Assembly: GCA_903872035.1 (NCBI GenBank)
Contig: CAIQIZ010000021.1
Location: forward strand, 18,157-82,156
Length of the DNA stretch: 64,000 nt
DNA from: an uncultured bacterium
GTDB lineage: Bacteria; Patescibacteriota; Minisyncoccia; Phycocordibacterales; PALSA-1337
Reading direction: 5' to 3'
The notes under the pieces are model-generated. The model did not search any database. It saw nothing but the letters and a program-made list of their open reading frames with translations, and was not told the origin of the DNA. Below are positions 28,192-37,522 of this stretch, piece by piece (within the stretch, counting starts at the first letter, position 1; each line of letters opens with the position of its first letter). The translations under genes and the position numbers were made by a program.

Positions 28192-29529
28192 TTATACCAC
28201 CTTTTGCTTCAAAAAGTCAAGTAGTTCCGCCTCACCAACCCTCTCCTGCTTACCTGTATCTCTGTCGCGCACCGTTACGCCTCCGCCAGCTGGCGGATTT
28301 TTTTCAATAGTATCAAAATCGATGGTCACACAAAATGGCGTACCTATCTCGTCCTGGCGGCGATAGCGCTTGCCGATGTTCCCGTTGTCGTCGAAGGTCG
28401 TGGCTGGGATTTCTTTTTTTATGGCCTTGAATATTTGCTGAGCTCTTTCAACTAGAACTGGCTTGTTGCGAAGCAATGGAAAGACAGCGACTTTATACGG
28501 CGCCACATTCGGAGACAATTTCAAATAAGTACGCTTCTCTCCGCCAAGGTCGTCTTCTTTGTAAGCGTCGGTGAGAACTGCCAGCAGCATACGATCAAGC
28601 CCAAATGAAGGCTCGATGCAGTGTGGGATGAATCTTTCTTTGGATTCTTCGTCGTAATATGACAGATCGACTTTGCTTGATTCGGAATGTTGTTTCAAAT
28701 CAAAGTCGGTACGATAAGCCAGACCAGACAATTCTTTTCGGCCAAATGGAAAATCGAATTCGAAATCGATGGTTCGTTTGGAATAATGAGCGCGATCGCC
28801 GTCCGCTACTTCCAATTCATGGACTTTGGATCCATCCAAACCGACATCGGCCATAAAGTCTTTTGATTCTTGCTGGAAATGTTCGAAAGACTTCTCCCAC
28901 TCCTTTGGGTTCACGAAATACTCTATCTCCATCTGCTCGAACTCTCGTGCACGGAAAAGGAAATCCCTGGGAGCGATCTCATTCCTGAAAGCCTTCCCTA
29001 TCTGAGCCAAACCGAAAGGTAATCGTGGATGCTGCGTGTCGAGGATATTTTTGAAATTAACGAACATGCCCTGAGCGGTCTCCGGACGCAGATAAGAAAT
29101 AGACGATTCGTCTTGAACAGCTCCAACGTGAGTCTGGAACATCATATTGAATTGCTTCTGCTCCCCGACCTTGCCGCCGCAATCCGGACACTTCCCCGCC
29201 TCGGCTAGTTGATCGGCACGAAAGCGATGTTTGCACTTGGAGCATTCAACCAGAGGGTCACTGAAACCGGAAACGTGTCCGGAAGCTTTCCAAACATTTT
29301 GGTTCATAAGGATAGCCGCGTCTACGCCGAACATATCGTGACGGCCATCGACAAAACGCCTCCACCAGAGGTTCTTGATATTATTCTTCAAAGCCACGCC
29401 GAGTGGGCCGTAGTCCCATGTTCCAGCCAATCCACCATATATTTCAGAGCCTTGAAAAATAAACCCGCGGCGTTTGCAGAGCGAGATGATCGCCTCCATA
29501 ACATCGGTTTTGTCGTTTGATTCCGCCAT
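28192..29529 (-). CDS. glyS: Glycyl-tRNA synthetase (alpha2 dimeric type)
   Basis: Class II motifs; C-terminal anticodon-binding domain ...GKRYRRQDEIGTPFCVTIDFDT...VTVRDRDT. Contains an in-frame palindrome-encoded NPPAGGG insert. Confidence 0.85.
   Translation of the reverse strand: MAESNDKTDVMEAIISLCKRRGFIFQGSEIYGGLAGTWDYGPLGVALKNNIKNLWWRRFVDGRHDMFGVDAAILMNQNVWKASGHVSGFSDPLVECSKCKHRFRADQLAEAGKCPDCGGKVGEQKQFNMMFQTHVGAVQDESSISYLRPETAQGMFVNFKNILDTQHPRLPFGLAQIGKAFRNEIAPRDFLFRAREFEQMEIEYFVNPKEWEKSFEHFQQESKDFMADVGLDGSKVHELEVADGDRAHYSKRTIDFEFDFPFGRKELSGLAYRTDFDLKQHSESSKVDLSYYDEESKERFIPHCIEPSFGLDRMLLAVLTDAYKEDDLGGEKRTYLKLSPNVAPYKVAVFPLLRNKPVLVERAQQIFKAIKKEIPATTFDDNGNIGKRYRRQDEIGTPFCVTIDFDTIEKNPPAGGGVTVRDRDTGKQERVGEAELLDFLKQKVV
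28273..28290. repeat. Second copy of the 18-bp palindrome CTCCGCCAGCTGGCGGA(T), in-frame inside glyS (encodes PPAGGG)
   Basis: Matches 17/18 with 27189-27206. The two copies flank the DGR target gene. Confidence 0.5.
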
Positions 29530-29553
29530 ATCGATATCTTATACCAAAGAAGA

Positions 29554-31503
29554 CTATCTTACTACCGACTCATTCCCAACCTGATATCTCGGGTCTGTAC
29601 TGAACCGTGTGGTCAAAACATCCTGCTTGCTCTCCAGCTGGGCCCCAGTGAAATTATCAGTGGCCGTGAGAGTCGACTGGTTGACCAGGGTCGGGATCTG
29701 GCCGATCTGGGTGACGCTCGGAGTTATCGATATTTGGAATGCTACCTCCCTCCTGTGCGACGAATTCAAAGTATAAGTCCCGACATTCCCTAGATTCCAA
29801 GTGATCGTGCCACTATGGGTATCATAGGTGACATTTTCCGAACTAGGACTGACTGTATTCAACCACTTCACATAAGCCGGCAAAGTTGCGGTCACCTGCG
29901 CCTTACTTATGGCGTTCGAAGTATTATCGACATCCCAGATGACTGTATAAGTTGTGGCCCTTTCAGCTCTAGGTGGGACCAGTCCGCTATTCGCGAACGG
30001 GCCGACCGTGCGCACCATTCGGCCAGAAAGCGAAACGTTGGAAGAGATCCTCACGTTCTTAGTCACAGCCGAAGTCAGTATGGACGGTACATTGGCTTCC
30101 TGGGCACGATTTCCCATGACACTGACCGCGAAGTTCAAAGTCGGATTGACGACCGGACTATTGGGAGTACCGAGATCCTTTGGTGTGATGGTAAACGAGA
30201 TGTGACCAGTATCACCAGCCGCAACTGAGGCAAATTCGTTGTTGGTCTGCTCATTCCAGACGATCTGATTGTTGAGCGAATCGAATATTCCCTGCCCAGA
30301 CTGTACGTCGTTCTTGCTATATGCCGTTCCCGACAGTTTGATAGTTATGCTCATATTGGAAAGAGAAACCGGCAGATTGTTAGACCAGTTGACGACCACG
30401 CGTTCATTTGAATTGAATTGTCCAACATGGTCGTTATTGGTAGCGTCGTTATCCACAGTAACGCCCATTGAAATGAATGGCTTCTGAATGGTCATATCCT
30501 GCTCGACGACCATATATTCCGTTCCGACGCTCTTTGGATCGGACGGGCTCGATGCACCGACAGTGAAATGAAAAGCCCGAAGATCGCTATCTTCGCCTGT
30601 AAGTTTGCCATGAACAATGATCACCCGATTCCCACCGGCCGGAATATCGCCGATCTTCCATGTGGCATTATCGGAAAGCGCTGGAAAACTTGAGCTCATA
30701 TATGTATAACCGAACGGATAAGCAGCTTTGAGGAGAACATTCTTCAATACTTGCTGAGAATTTGATTTGAGGTCTACCTTCATATCGAATTCCTGACCAG
30801 AAGTTATCTCTTTGAATGAAGTCACCGTCACGTTGATCGGCGAGGAATTGATGAGGACATCATAAGACTGGACCTTGGTGAAGGTAGACGAAGTGCCCTT
30901 GACTCCATAGGTCAAAGTAGCTTTGATCGTCTTCTGCAAATTTGCTTCGCCGAAAATGATGACACTGACACTCTCATGTATCGTGCTGCCAGCCGGAATA
31001 TCGCCGATCATCTTATCTAGATTGGTGAGCGGCGTACCTGGCTTATCTGGATCAGTGGCACCAGATGGAAAGTCCACAGACATGTCGGCCAACTGCAAAG
31101 CCACATTATTCTTGTTCTGAATGGTCACATCGAATGTGGCCGGGACTCCCCCAGGAATGGAAACTGGTCCGCTTATGACGATATTGATGTTGTTAGCAGA
31201 GATCAGATTGGCGCCATTGAAGAACAGATACGCGCCGATCCCAACTGCAATGACGCAGAATATGGCGGAGATGATGAGGAGTTTGCTGAAGAATGACATA
31301 TGATGCTCTTGGTATTCCGGATTCAAGGTCTTCGGCCGGACATCTTCTTCCTTTGGATGTTCCCAATCCGTCTTGACCTCGGTCACCGGCTCGGTGAATC
31401 GAAGCTTCCTCTTGGTGCGCACTTCAGGCGCCGTCCGAGAGTACAGCGACTTCTTCAATTCTTCAATGTAGCTTTTGTCTTCCTGAGGAGGCACAGACGT
31501 CAT
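29554..31503 (-). CDS. Hypothetical membrane-anchored cell-surface protein (N-terminal cytoplasmic segment, one TM, large beta-rich ectodomain)
   Basis: TM FFSKLLIISAIFCVIAVGIGAYLFF at residues about 70-95; the remainder is S/T/N-rich. Confidence 0.5.
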   Translation of the reverse strand: MTSVPPQEDKSYIEELKKSLYSRTAPEVRTKRKLRFTEPVTEVKTDWEHPKEEDVRPKTLNPEYQEHHMSFFSKLLIISAIFCVIAVGIGAYLFFNGANLISANNINIVISGPVSIPGGVPATFDVTIQNKNNVALQLADMSVDFPSGATDPDKPGTPLTNLDKMIGDIPAGSTIHESVSVIIFGEANLQKTIKATLTYGVKGTSSTFTKVQSYDVLINSSPINVTVTSFKEITSGQEFDMKVDLKSNSQQVLKNVLLKAAYPFGYTYMSSSFPALSDNATWKIGDIPAGGNRVIIVHGKLTGEDSDLRAFHFTVGASSPSDPKSVGTEYMVVEQDMTIQKPFISMGVTVDNDATNNDHVGQFNSNERVVVNWSNNLPVSLSNMSITIKLSGTAYSKNDVQSGQGIFDSLNNQIVWNEQTNNEFASVAAGDTGHISFTITPKDLGTPNSPVVNPTLNFAVSVMGNRAQEANVPSILTSAVTKNVRISSNVSLSGRMVRTVGPFANSGLVPPRAERATTYTVIWDVDNTSNAISKAQVTATLPAYVKWLNTVSPSSENVTYDTHSGTITWNLGNVGTYTLNSSHRREVAFQISITPSVTQIGQIPTLVNQSTLTATDNFTGAQLESKQDVLTTRFSTDPRYQVGNESVVR

Positions 31504-31628
31504 TGTACAACAATATGACCTCCCTGCTAAGCCATTCGAGGTGCTTGAACCACCAATTATTTTGTGTTATAATTATAAAAGCTAAAAATAACCGTCAATG
31601 AACGGTCAATAAAGGAAAGGAGTGCACT

Positions 31629-32195
31629 TTGAATTCTGACATAATGTTCTGGGTATTCATTCTAAGTATACCGACCTTGGCCGTCGCCATCTTCGAGATC
31701 AACCTGGATATGAAGCACAAGGTAGGTCCGTGGGGTAAGACTAAATTCAAAAACCCGTACTGGGAGGAGAAGATCCTCCAGAGATGGCCGATCCCTTTCA
31801 TCAAGTACATCTCGCGGTATCACGCCGTCTTGTTCTTGGAGGTGCTGCCTGTGGTATTCACACTGAGCATCATTTTCTGGAGCTGGGCGCTCAACTATGC
31901 TGTATGGCCGAGCGACTCATCTCGACTCATCAAATCGCTATCTTTCATCACACTATTCATCGCAGTCTGGCTAGGCAATTCCGGATTCGAGGACATGTTT
32001 TACTTCATAATCCAATCTTTGACTGGCTGGCACGAGCCTCATGCCTTGCGCAAAGTGGTGCTAGAGAAAGACTTCGACTGGTTCAAGGATTGGTTACCAC
32101 CGATCTTCGGATTGAACATTCCGGGGCATTGGGTGTTCTGTCCCGCCGCAGCATTGTTGCTGCTTTACATCCGACACCATTGGATAATGCAGTGA
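31629..32195 (+). CDS. Hypothetical polytopic membrane protein
   Basis: 188 aa with 4-5 TM segments; no family recognised. Confidence 0.45.
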   Translation: MNSDIMFWVFILSIPTLAVAIFEINLDMKHKVGPWGKTKFKNPYWEEKILQRWPIPFIKYISRYHAVLFLEVLPVVFTLSIIFWSWALNYAVWPSDSSRLIKSLSFITLFIAVWLGNSGFEDMFYFIIQSLTGWHEPHALRKVVLEKDFDWFKDWLPPIFGLNIPGHWVFCPAAALLLLYIRHHWIMQ

Positions 32196-32345
32196 AGCAA
32201 CAAACTTTTCTCGCTCGCCTTCCAGGCCCATCTGGTCGGCGATTTTATTTTATGAGACACATTTAATGCTGCCAGGTACGACCCGTGATATCATTTTGAT
32301 TAGAAATTCAATCATCTCTTTTGCTTTAAGGTTCGTATTCTCACT

Positions 32346-33089
32346 ATGAAGATCAATATCGCAACCATCAATCTCCAATCGGGCGTAGCCACAACAAAAG
32401 GCATCCTTCATTATGTTCTGACTGGTTGGAAATACTGGTTGCCTCATTCAGATAGACCGATCCGACAAGCTGGAGAAATGTTGAAACAAGAAGAAATAGG
32501 CATCGCGTGTGTAACCGAAATCACAGAGAAGTCATTGCGATCGGGATTTCGATCACAAACAGAAACCTTGGCGACCAGTGCTGATTTAAATAATTGGAAT
32601 TTCTTCTCTTCACAAAAGCTCGGCAAATTCTTTTTTTATGAGGGCAATGCTTTGCTTTCTAAATATCCGATTTCTCATCCGATCTCACATCCCCTGCACA
32701 TCGAACTCAATATGCGCATGGCTTTGGAAGAAGCGACCGTTGAAATTCAAGGCCAAAAGATTTCCATTTTCATCGCCCACCTTGCTCTTACCAAGCGTGC
32801 TCGCCAAATCCAAATCAGTGAAATCATTGAAATACTTGAAGATCGAACTGGCCCTATTATTCTAGCCGGTGACTTCAATGAAAGGCGCCCGGGAGCACTT
32901 GATATACTCCTTCAACAAACTCCTCTCAAACAAATATGCACTCTGAAGACTTATCCTTCGTGGGATTCTAAATACTCGTTAGATTACATACTCCTAAGTA
33001 AAGAGTTTACGGTTCTCGACTGCCATATCCCTAATAGCCCGGCTTTTTCAGATCATTCGCCACTAATAGTCAAAGCGGAGCTCAATTAA
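32346..33089 (+). CDS. Endonuclease/exonuclease/phosphatase (EEP) family protein
   Basis: IILAGDFNE and C-terminal SDHSPLIV motifs of the EEP fold. Confidence 0.7.
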   Translation: MKINIATINLQSGVATTKGILHYVLTGWKYWLPHSDRPIRQAGEMLKQEEIGIACVTEITEKSLRSGFRSQTETLATSADLNNWNFFSSQKLGKFFFYEGNALLSKYPISHPISHPLHIELNMRMALEEATVEIQGQKISIFIAHLALTKRARQIQISEIIEILEDRTGPIILAGDFNERRPGALDILLQQTPLKQICTLKTYPSWDSKYSLDYILLSKEFTVLDCHIPNSPAFSDHSPLIVKAELN

Positions 33090-33099
33090 CAAAATCCAA

Positions 33100-33732
33100 T
33101 TACATCATCGACTCTTTCAATGCCTTATTTATATGTTTGTTGAGGATCGTCCGCTTCTCTTTAAGCAGATCGACCAGATCACTAGTGATCTCAAACGACC
33201 GGATGTGGCCGCTCAGTTCCAAATCATCGCCGATGTAACCCAGCCAATGAAGGATGCGCGCGACCGTCAATGATTCGATAGCGGCCAATTGAGCAGCATT
33301 CAAATCTTCACGCTCACCAACAAAGTCCACGCAAGCTTTTATAACATCGAACACTTCAGGGTGTGCTTCTTCACCTTGAAGTAACCGTCTCAAGAGCTGC
33401 GCCAGCCTTGCGATTAAACTTTGAGAAATGGCCATTTCGCCCCCGCTTCGCGGATGGACTTTCCCCGACTGCGTAGCACGAAGGGGAAACGTCCGGAGCG
33501 AAAAGGGGGCGGCAGATGTGAGCCGCCACATCTCCCTTCCCTTTACGAGCGAAAACATTCCCATTGCGTGTTCTTGGGTATAGTATCGCAGCTTTGATCT
33601 CTCCAGACGGATCCCTTGGGCAGCAGCCATTATCAGACCAAATTCACGTGTGAATATGAAAAGCATCTTCCCTGCTTCTCCATAAGGTCGTGCTTGGATT
33701 ATGAATCCTGGAGTTGTGTGAATGTGATGCAT
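33100..33732 (-). CDS. recO: DNA repair protein RecO-like (short form) with an internal hairpin-rich insert
   Basis: N-terminal OB-fold PGFIIQARPYGEAGKMLFIFTREFGLIMAAAQGIR resembles RecO. Nucleotides 33440-33550 contain nested palindromes (GGACTTTCCCC...GGGGAAACGTCC; AGATGTG...CACATCT). Confidence 0.5.
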   Translation of the reverse strand: MHHIHTTPGFIIQARPYGEAGKMLFIFTREFGLIMAAAQGIRLERSKLRYYTQEHAMGMFSLVKGREMWRLTSAAPFSLRTFPLRATQSGKVHPRSGGEMAISQSLIARLAQLLRRLLQGEEAHPEVFDVIKACVDFVGEREDLNAAQLAAIESLTVARILHWLGYIGDDLELSGHIRSFEITSDLVDLLKEKRTILNKHINKALKESMM

Positions 33733-33804
33733 AGGTTATGCGCAAGGAAACGTTACGGCGAGAGCGCTGTGGTAGAGCGGCGAGCCGGAATGTTTCCTTG
33801 CGCA

Positions 33805-36800
33805 TTACTTCTTAATATCAAACTTCTCACCAAATTCAATAGCTGACAAGCGGGTAGCCGCTTTGATAGCTTGTTCGTTCTTACTGATCAAAGATTTCAT
33901 GTCTTCCGTCGCGACCAATACCGCCATATCGTTGACCGTCAATCCTTTCTCTTTGCGGAGGTCTTGGATCTTACGGAGCAATTCGCGGAGCTCGCCTTCT
34001 TCTTTAAGCTCAGGAGTAAGGACAGTATCCAATTCGACATCGGTTTCCATACCACCGTCGAATACAACTTCTTTTACATTAACTTCATCTGTTATGAGCC
34101 CAAGGAGTTCAGAATTTAAATCCTTAATTTTTGAATCCTTAATTTTTAACTTACCCAATGGTTGACGTACATTTATCTTTGCCGTCATCCTGGCTTCTAA
34201 ACCTTTGGAAGCGATAGACCGGACTAATTCCATGCTAGTCAATAATTTCTCATCGACTTTCCCTGCTTTCGGCCATTCTTCGAGGTGTACGCTTTCTTTT
34301 TCGCCTCCAACGCCTTGGTACAAGAAGTCAGCAAAGAAAGGCGTGAGCGGCGCCATGACTTTCGCCAATGATTGCAACACGAATTGTGTGGTAGCCAAAG
34401 CCGCTTGCTTGTCTTCAGCATTTTCTCCTTTGAATCGGTCGCGGGAACGTCGAAGATACCATTGGGAAAGATCTCCGACGAAATCTCGAATCGCTCGTGC
34501 AGGTTCGAAGAATTTGTAGTTGTCCAATCCGGTGGTCGTGGTTTCTATGAGCTGATTGAGTCTGGCGACGATCCACCGATCTAGAACATGAGATGTATTT
34601 GAAAGCTTGAAAATGTTTCCGGACCGAGCGCTGTGGGCCAGCGGCGAGGCGGAAGTATTTTCAAGCGATTCATCCACATATAGCTTATAGAACGACAGCA
34701 CATTCCCCGCCAAATTAAAGACCTTTTTATTTATCTCATCCACAGTCTTCTGATCAAAATTCTTGGAATCACCAGGCTGATTGACAGAATACATCCAGAA
34801 CCGCAGCGCATCAGCTCCATAGGCGTCCATCATCTCGAAAGGATTGACGACATTGCCGATAGATTTCGACATCTTCTTTCCTTGAGGATCGAGGATATGA
34901 CCGAGGCAGATGACATTCTTATAAGCCTTGCCTCTGCCCATGAGCACCCCGACTGCGTGCAATGTGTAGAACCATCCACGCGTCTGATCTATGGCTTCAG
35001 AAATAAAATCAGCTGGGTATGGGAATTTCTCCTTGCCGATCAAGCCGTGTTCTTTGCCACCAAGAACATGATCCTGGGCAAAAGGCATAGACCCGCTATC
35101 GAACCAGACATCCATGACTTCTTTGACTCGGCTCATTTCTCCACCACATTCGCAGGTCAATTTTACTTCGTCTATATAAGGACGGTGAAGGTCGAGCTCA
35201 AAATCAGGATTGTGAGGAAGGATCGAAAAGTCGAGTTTCCTAGCTTCCGCTTTTTGAACATACTTCAACTTATTCCAATCAGCCGCCTCGCTCTTTTCTA
35301 GTCCAGCGGCGGCACTGATAAGCATCATAGCCGGACATCCGTGAGTAACGATCAAAATCGTACGGCCTTGATATTTATTCTCCATTTCATAGAGGAAATC
35401 TCCGACCCTCTTTCTGACATCTCTCCAACTCTCAACCCCATCATCAGCCTTATTGAATCTGTCTTCGTTTATCGGAAACTTCTTATCGAATTTCGCCATA
35501 TCCTTGCCTTCCCAAGAGCCCATCCCCATTTCACGGACTCGCTCATCGACGATAACCTGCCCAGCTTTGAGACCGAGCGTATCAGCGACAAGATGGGCGG
35601 TCTCTTTGGTCCGCATGATCGGTGAAGTTATCACCAAATCTATCCCTGATTTTTTTAAGGCTTCGGCGGTTTTTGATACGTTTTCTTTACCCAACGCAGT
35701 CAAATGGCTCACCATCTCCAAACCGCTGTTCAAAGTCATTTTTACATTATTCTCCGCCTCGCCATGCCGCATAACATAGTAAGTATTGCGCGGCTTCTTG
35801 GAGACATCAGCCACTGATCCAGCAACTTTCCATTTCTTGCATTTGTCGCAAACCCAGACTGGTAAAGGCGTACCCCAATAGCGCTCGCGGGAAATGGCCC
35901 AATCCTTGACTTCGCGGAGCCATTCACCAAAACGACCTTCCTTTATATGCTCCGGCTCCCAATTGATGCCTTCATTTTCTTTGACCAGCTTGTGCCGCAA
36001 GTCCGACATTTTGATGTACCACGAATCACGGGCAAAATAGATGAGCGGTGTGTGACAGCGCCAACAGAAAGGATAGGTGTGCTCGTATTTTTCTTTACTG
36101 AATAGGATGCCACGGTGCGCCAAGTCTTTGATGATCTCCACGTCGGTCGCCTCATTCTTGACGAATTTGCCGGCCAAAAATCCAGCTTCATTTTTGAAAG
36201 TACCGTCTTCTTTTACCAGATGATATTTCGGCAGGCCTACCTTCGTGCCCAATTCAAAATCGTCCTGACCATACATTACAGCGGTGTGCACTATTCCAGT
36301 CCCATCTTCAGTAGTGACAAAATCAGCAGGATATACTTTGTAAGCATTCGACAGCTTCTCTTTTTCCGGACCGGAAATAGATTCTTTGAGAAATGGATAA
36401 AGGGGTTCGTATGAGAGACCGACCAATTCTTTGCCTTTGAAGGTCTCGATTATTTCCGGCTTCGTGTCTTTAAAAACTGCCTCCAGGCGATTTTTGGCAA
36501 GAATGTATGTCGTGGTCGCGTTTTTTGAATCTCCTTCCTCCTTACTGCTTCCTTCTTCCTCCATTTTTCTAACTTTCACATAATCGATCTTCTCCCCTAC
36601 CGCCAAGCCAACGTTGCCCGGCAATGTCCACGGCGTCGTCGTCCAAGCCAACAAATAGGTCTCGCTTGATCCTTCCTCCTTACTGCTCCCTCCTTCCTGC
36701 TTCAAGACCTTGAATTTCACTGTGACTGAAAGATCCTTGACCGTCTCATATCCTTGCGCCAATTCGTGCGACGACAAAACAGTTTGGTCATGAGGACACC

Positions 36801-37419
36801 AAGGGACGACTCGGAAATCTTTGTAGAGCAGATCCTTTTCGTGGACCGTCCGCATGATATTCCAAAGCGCTTCTATGTAAGCTGGCTTGTAGGTGATGTA
36901 GGCATTCTTCAAATCCACCCAGTAACCCATACGATTGGTAAGAAGTTCCCATTCACGCATGTAAGTCCAAACGCTCTCTTTACACTTCTCGTTGAAAGCA
37001 GCGATGCCGTATTCTTCGATCTCCTTTTTGAACTTGAAGCCGAGCTCCTTTTCGACTTGGATCTCTACTGGCAATCCATGAGTATCCCAACCGCCTTTAC
37101 GGCGGACATGGAATCCTTGCATTGTCTTGTACCTAGGAATGGCGTCTTTGAAAGCACGGGCTTCCAAATGATGGATGCCTGGACGACCGTTGGCGGTTGG
37201 TGGACCCTCATAAAAAACGAATTCACCTTTGGGCGCCTTTCCTTCTTGTGATTTATTCAGAGTCTTATCAAAAATCCCCTTCTCTTTCCAGAAGGCCATG
37301 ATCTTCTCCTCGCGCTCGGCGTGAGAGCTTTTGGGCATCGGCGGATTTTTCACGACGACCGGCGTTTTCTGCTCCGTAGGCATCTTTTGGCTTTTCTTGT
37401 GTTCAGAATCTGCTTGCAT
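33805..37419 (-). CDS. ileS: Isoleucyl-tRNA synthetase with an embedded histidine-phosphatase (PGAM-like) domain and two short EEGSSKEEG inserts
   Basis: P.ANG.PGIHH (HIGH-like), KMSKSIGN, WTTTPWTLPGN editing-domain motif, C-terminal zinc/anticodon region. Residues about 545-735 carry RHGE...SP.MRT.ETA...HG phosphatase motifs. Total length 1204 aa. Confidence 0.85.
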   Translation of the reverse strand: MQADSEHKKSQKMPTEQKTPVVVKNPPMPKSSHAEREEKIMAFWKEKGIFDKTLNKSQEGKAPKGEFVFYEGPPTANGRPGIHHLEARAFKDAIPRYKTMQGFHVRRKGGWDTHGLPVEIQVEKELGFKFKKEIEEYGIAAFNEKCKESVWTYMREWELLTNRMGYWVDLKNAYITYKPAYIEALWNIMRTVHEKDLLYKDFRVVPWCPHDQTVLSSHELAQGYETVKDLSVTVKFKVLKQEGGSSKEEGSSETYLLAWTTTPWTLPGNVGLAVGEKIDYVKVRKMEEEGSSKEEGDSKNATTTYILAKNRLEAVFKDTKPEIIETFKGKELVGLSYEPLYPFLKESISGPEKEKLSNAYKVYPADFVTTEDGTGIVHTAVMYGQDDFELGTKVGLPKYHLVKEDGTFKNEAGFLAGKFVKNEATDVEIIKDLAHRGILFSKEKYEHTYPFCWRCHTPLIYFARDSWYIKMSDLRHKLVKENEGINWEPEHIKEGRFGEWLREVKDWAISRERYWGTPLPVWVCDKCKKWKVAGSVADVSKKPRNTYYVMRHGEAENNVKMTLNSGLEMVSHLTALGKENVSKTAEALKKSGIDLVITSPIMRTKETAHLVADTLGLKAGQVIVDERVREMGMGSWEGKDMAKFDKKFPINEDRFNKADDGVESWRDVRKRVGDFLYEMENKYQGRTILIVTHGCPAMMLISAAAGLEKSEAADWNKLKYVQKAEARKLDFSILPHNPDFELDLHRPYIDEVKLTCECGGEMSRVKEVMDVWFDSGSMPFAQDHVLGGKEHGLIGKEKFPYPADFISEAIDQTRGWFYTLHAVGVLMGRGKAYKNVICLGHILDPQGKKMSKSIGNVVNPFEMMDAYGADALRFWMYSVNQPGDSKNFDQKTVDEINKKVFNLAGNVLSFYKLYVDESLENTSASPLAHSARSGNIFKLSNTSHVLDRWIVARLNQLIETTTTGLDNYKFFEPARAIRDFVGDLSQWYLRRSRDRFKGENAEDKQAALATTQFVLQSLAKVMAPLTPFFADFLYQGVGGEKESVHLEEWPKAGKVDEKLLTSMELVRSIASKGLEARMTAKINVRQPLGKLKIKDSKIKDLNSELLGLITDEVNVKEVVFDGGMETDVELDTVLTPELKEEGELRELLRKIQDLRKEKGLTVNDMAVLVATEDMKSLISKNEQAIKAATRLSAIEFGEKFDIKK
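35217..35787 (-). other. Histidine phosphatase (phosphoglycerate-mutase superfamily) domain inserted within IleRS
   Basis: YYVMRHGEAENN (RHG catalytic His), ITSPIMRTKETA, EMGMGSWEG, ILIVTHG (second His). Lies between the IleRS segments ...VWVCDKCKKWKVAGSV and DLHRPYIDEVKLTCECGG. Confidence 0.7.
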
Positions 37420-37522
37420 GACTTACAGCTTACGGCAAATCGCGCTCCTTTTCAATGTATATTTAGACCATACATCAGCATGTTACAATATTCGTATTAA
37501 TAGAATAACTATCAAAATTCCC

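Noticed and set aside
34882-37251. Numerous 60-165-aa ORFs on the plus strand inside ileS, and similar ones inside argS, ftsK and metG
   Set aside because: They are antisense or out-of-frame within long, motif-verified aaRS and FtsK genes. They show no family resemblance.
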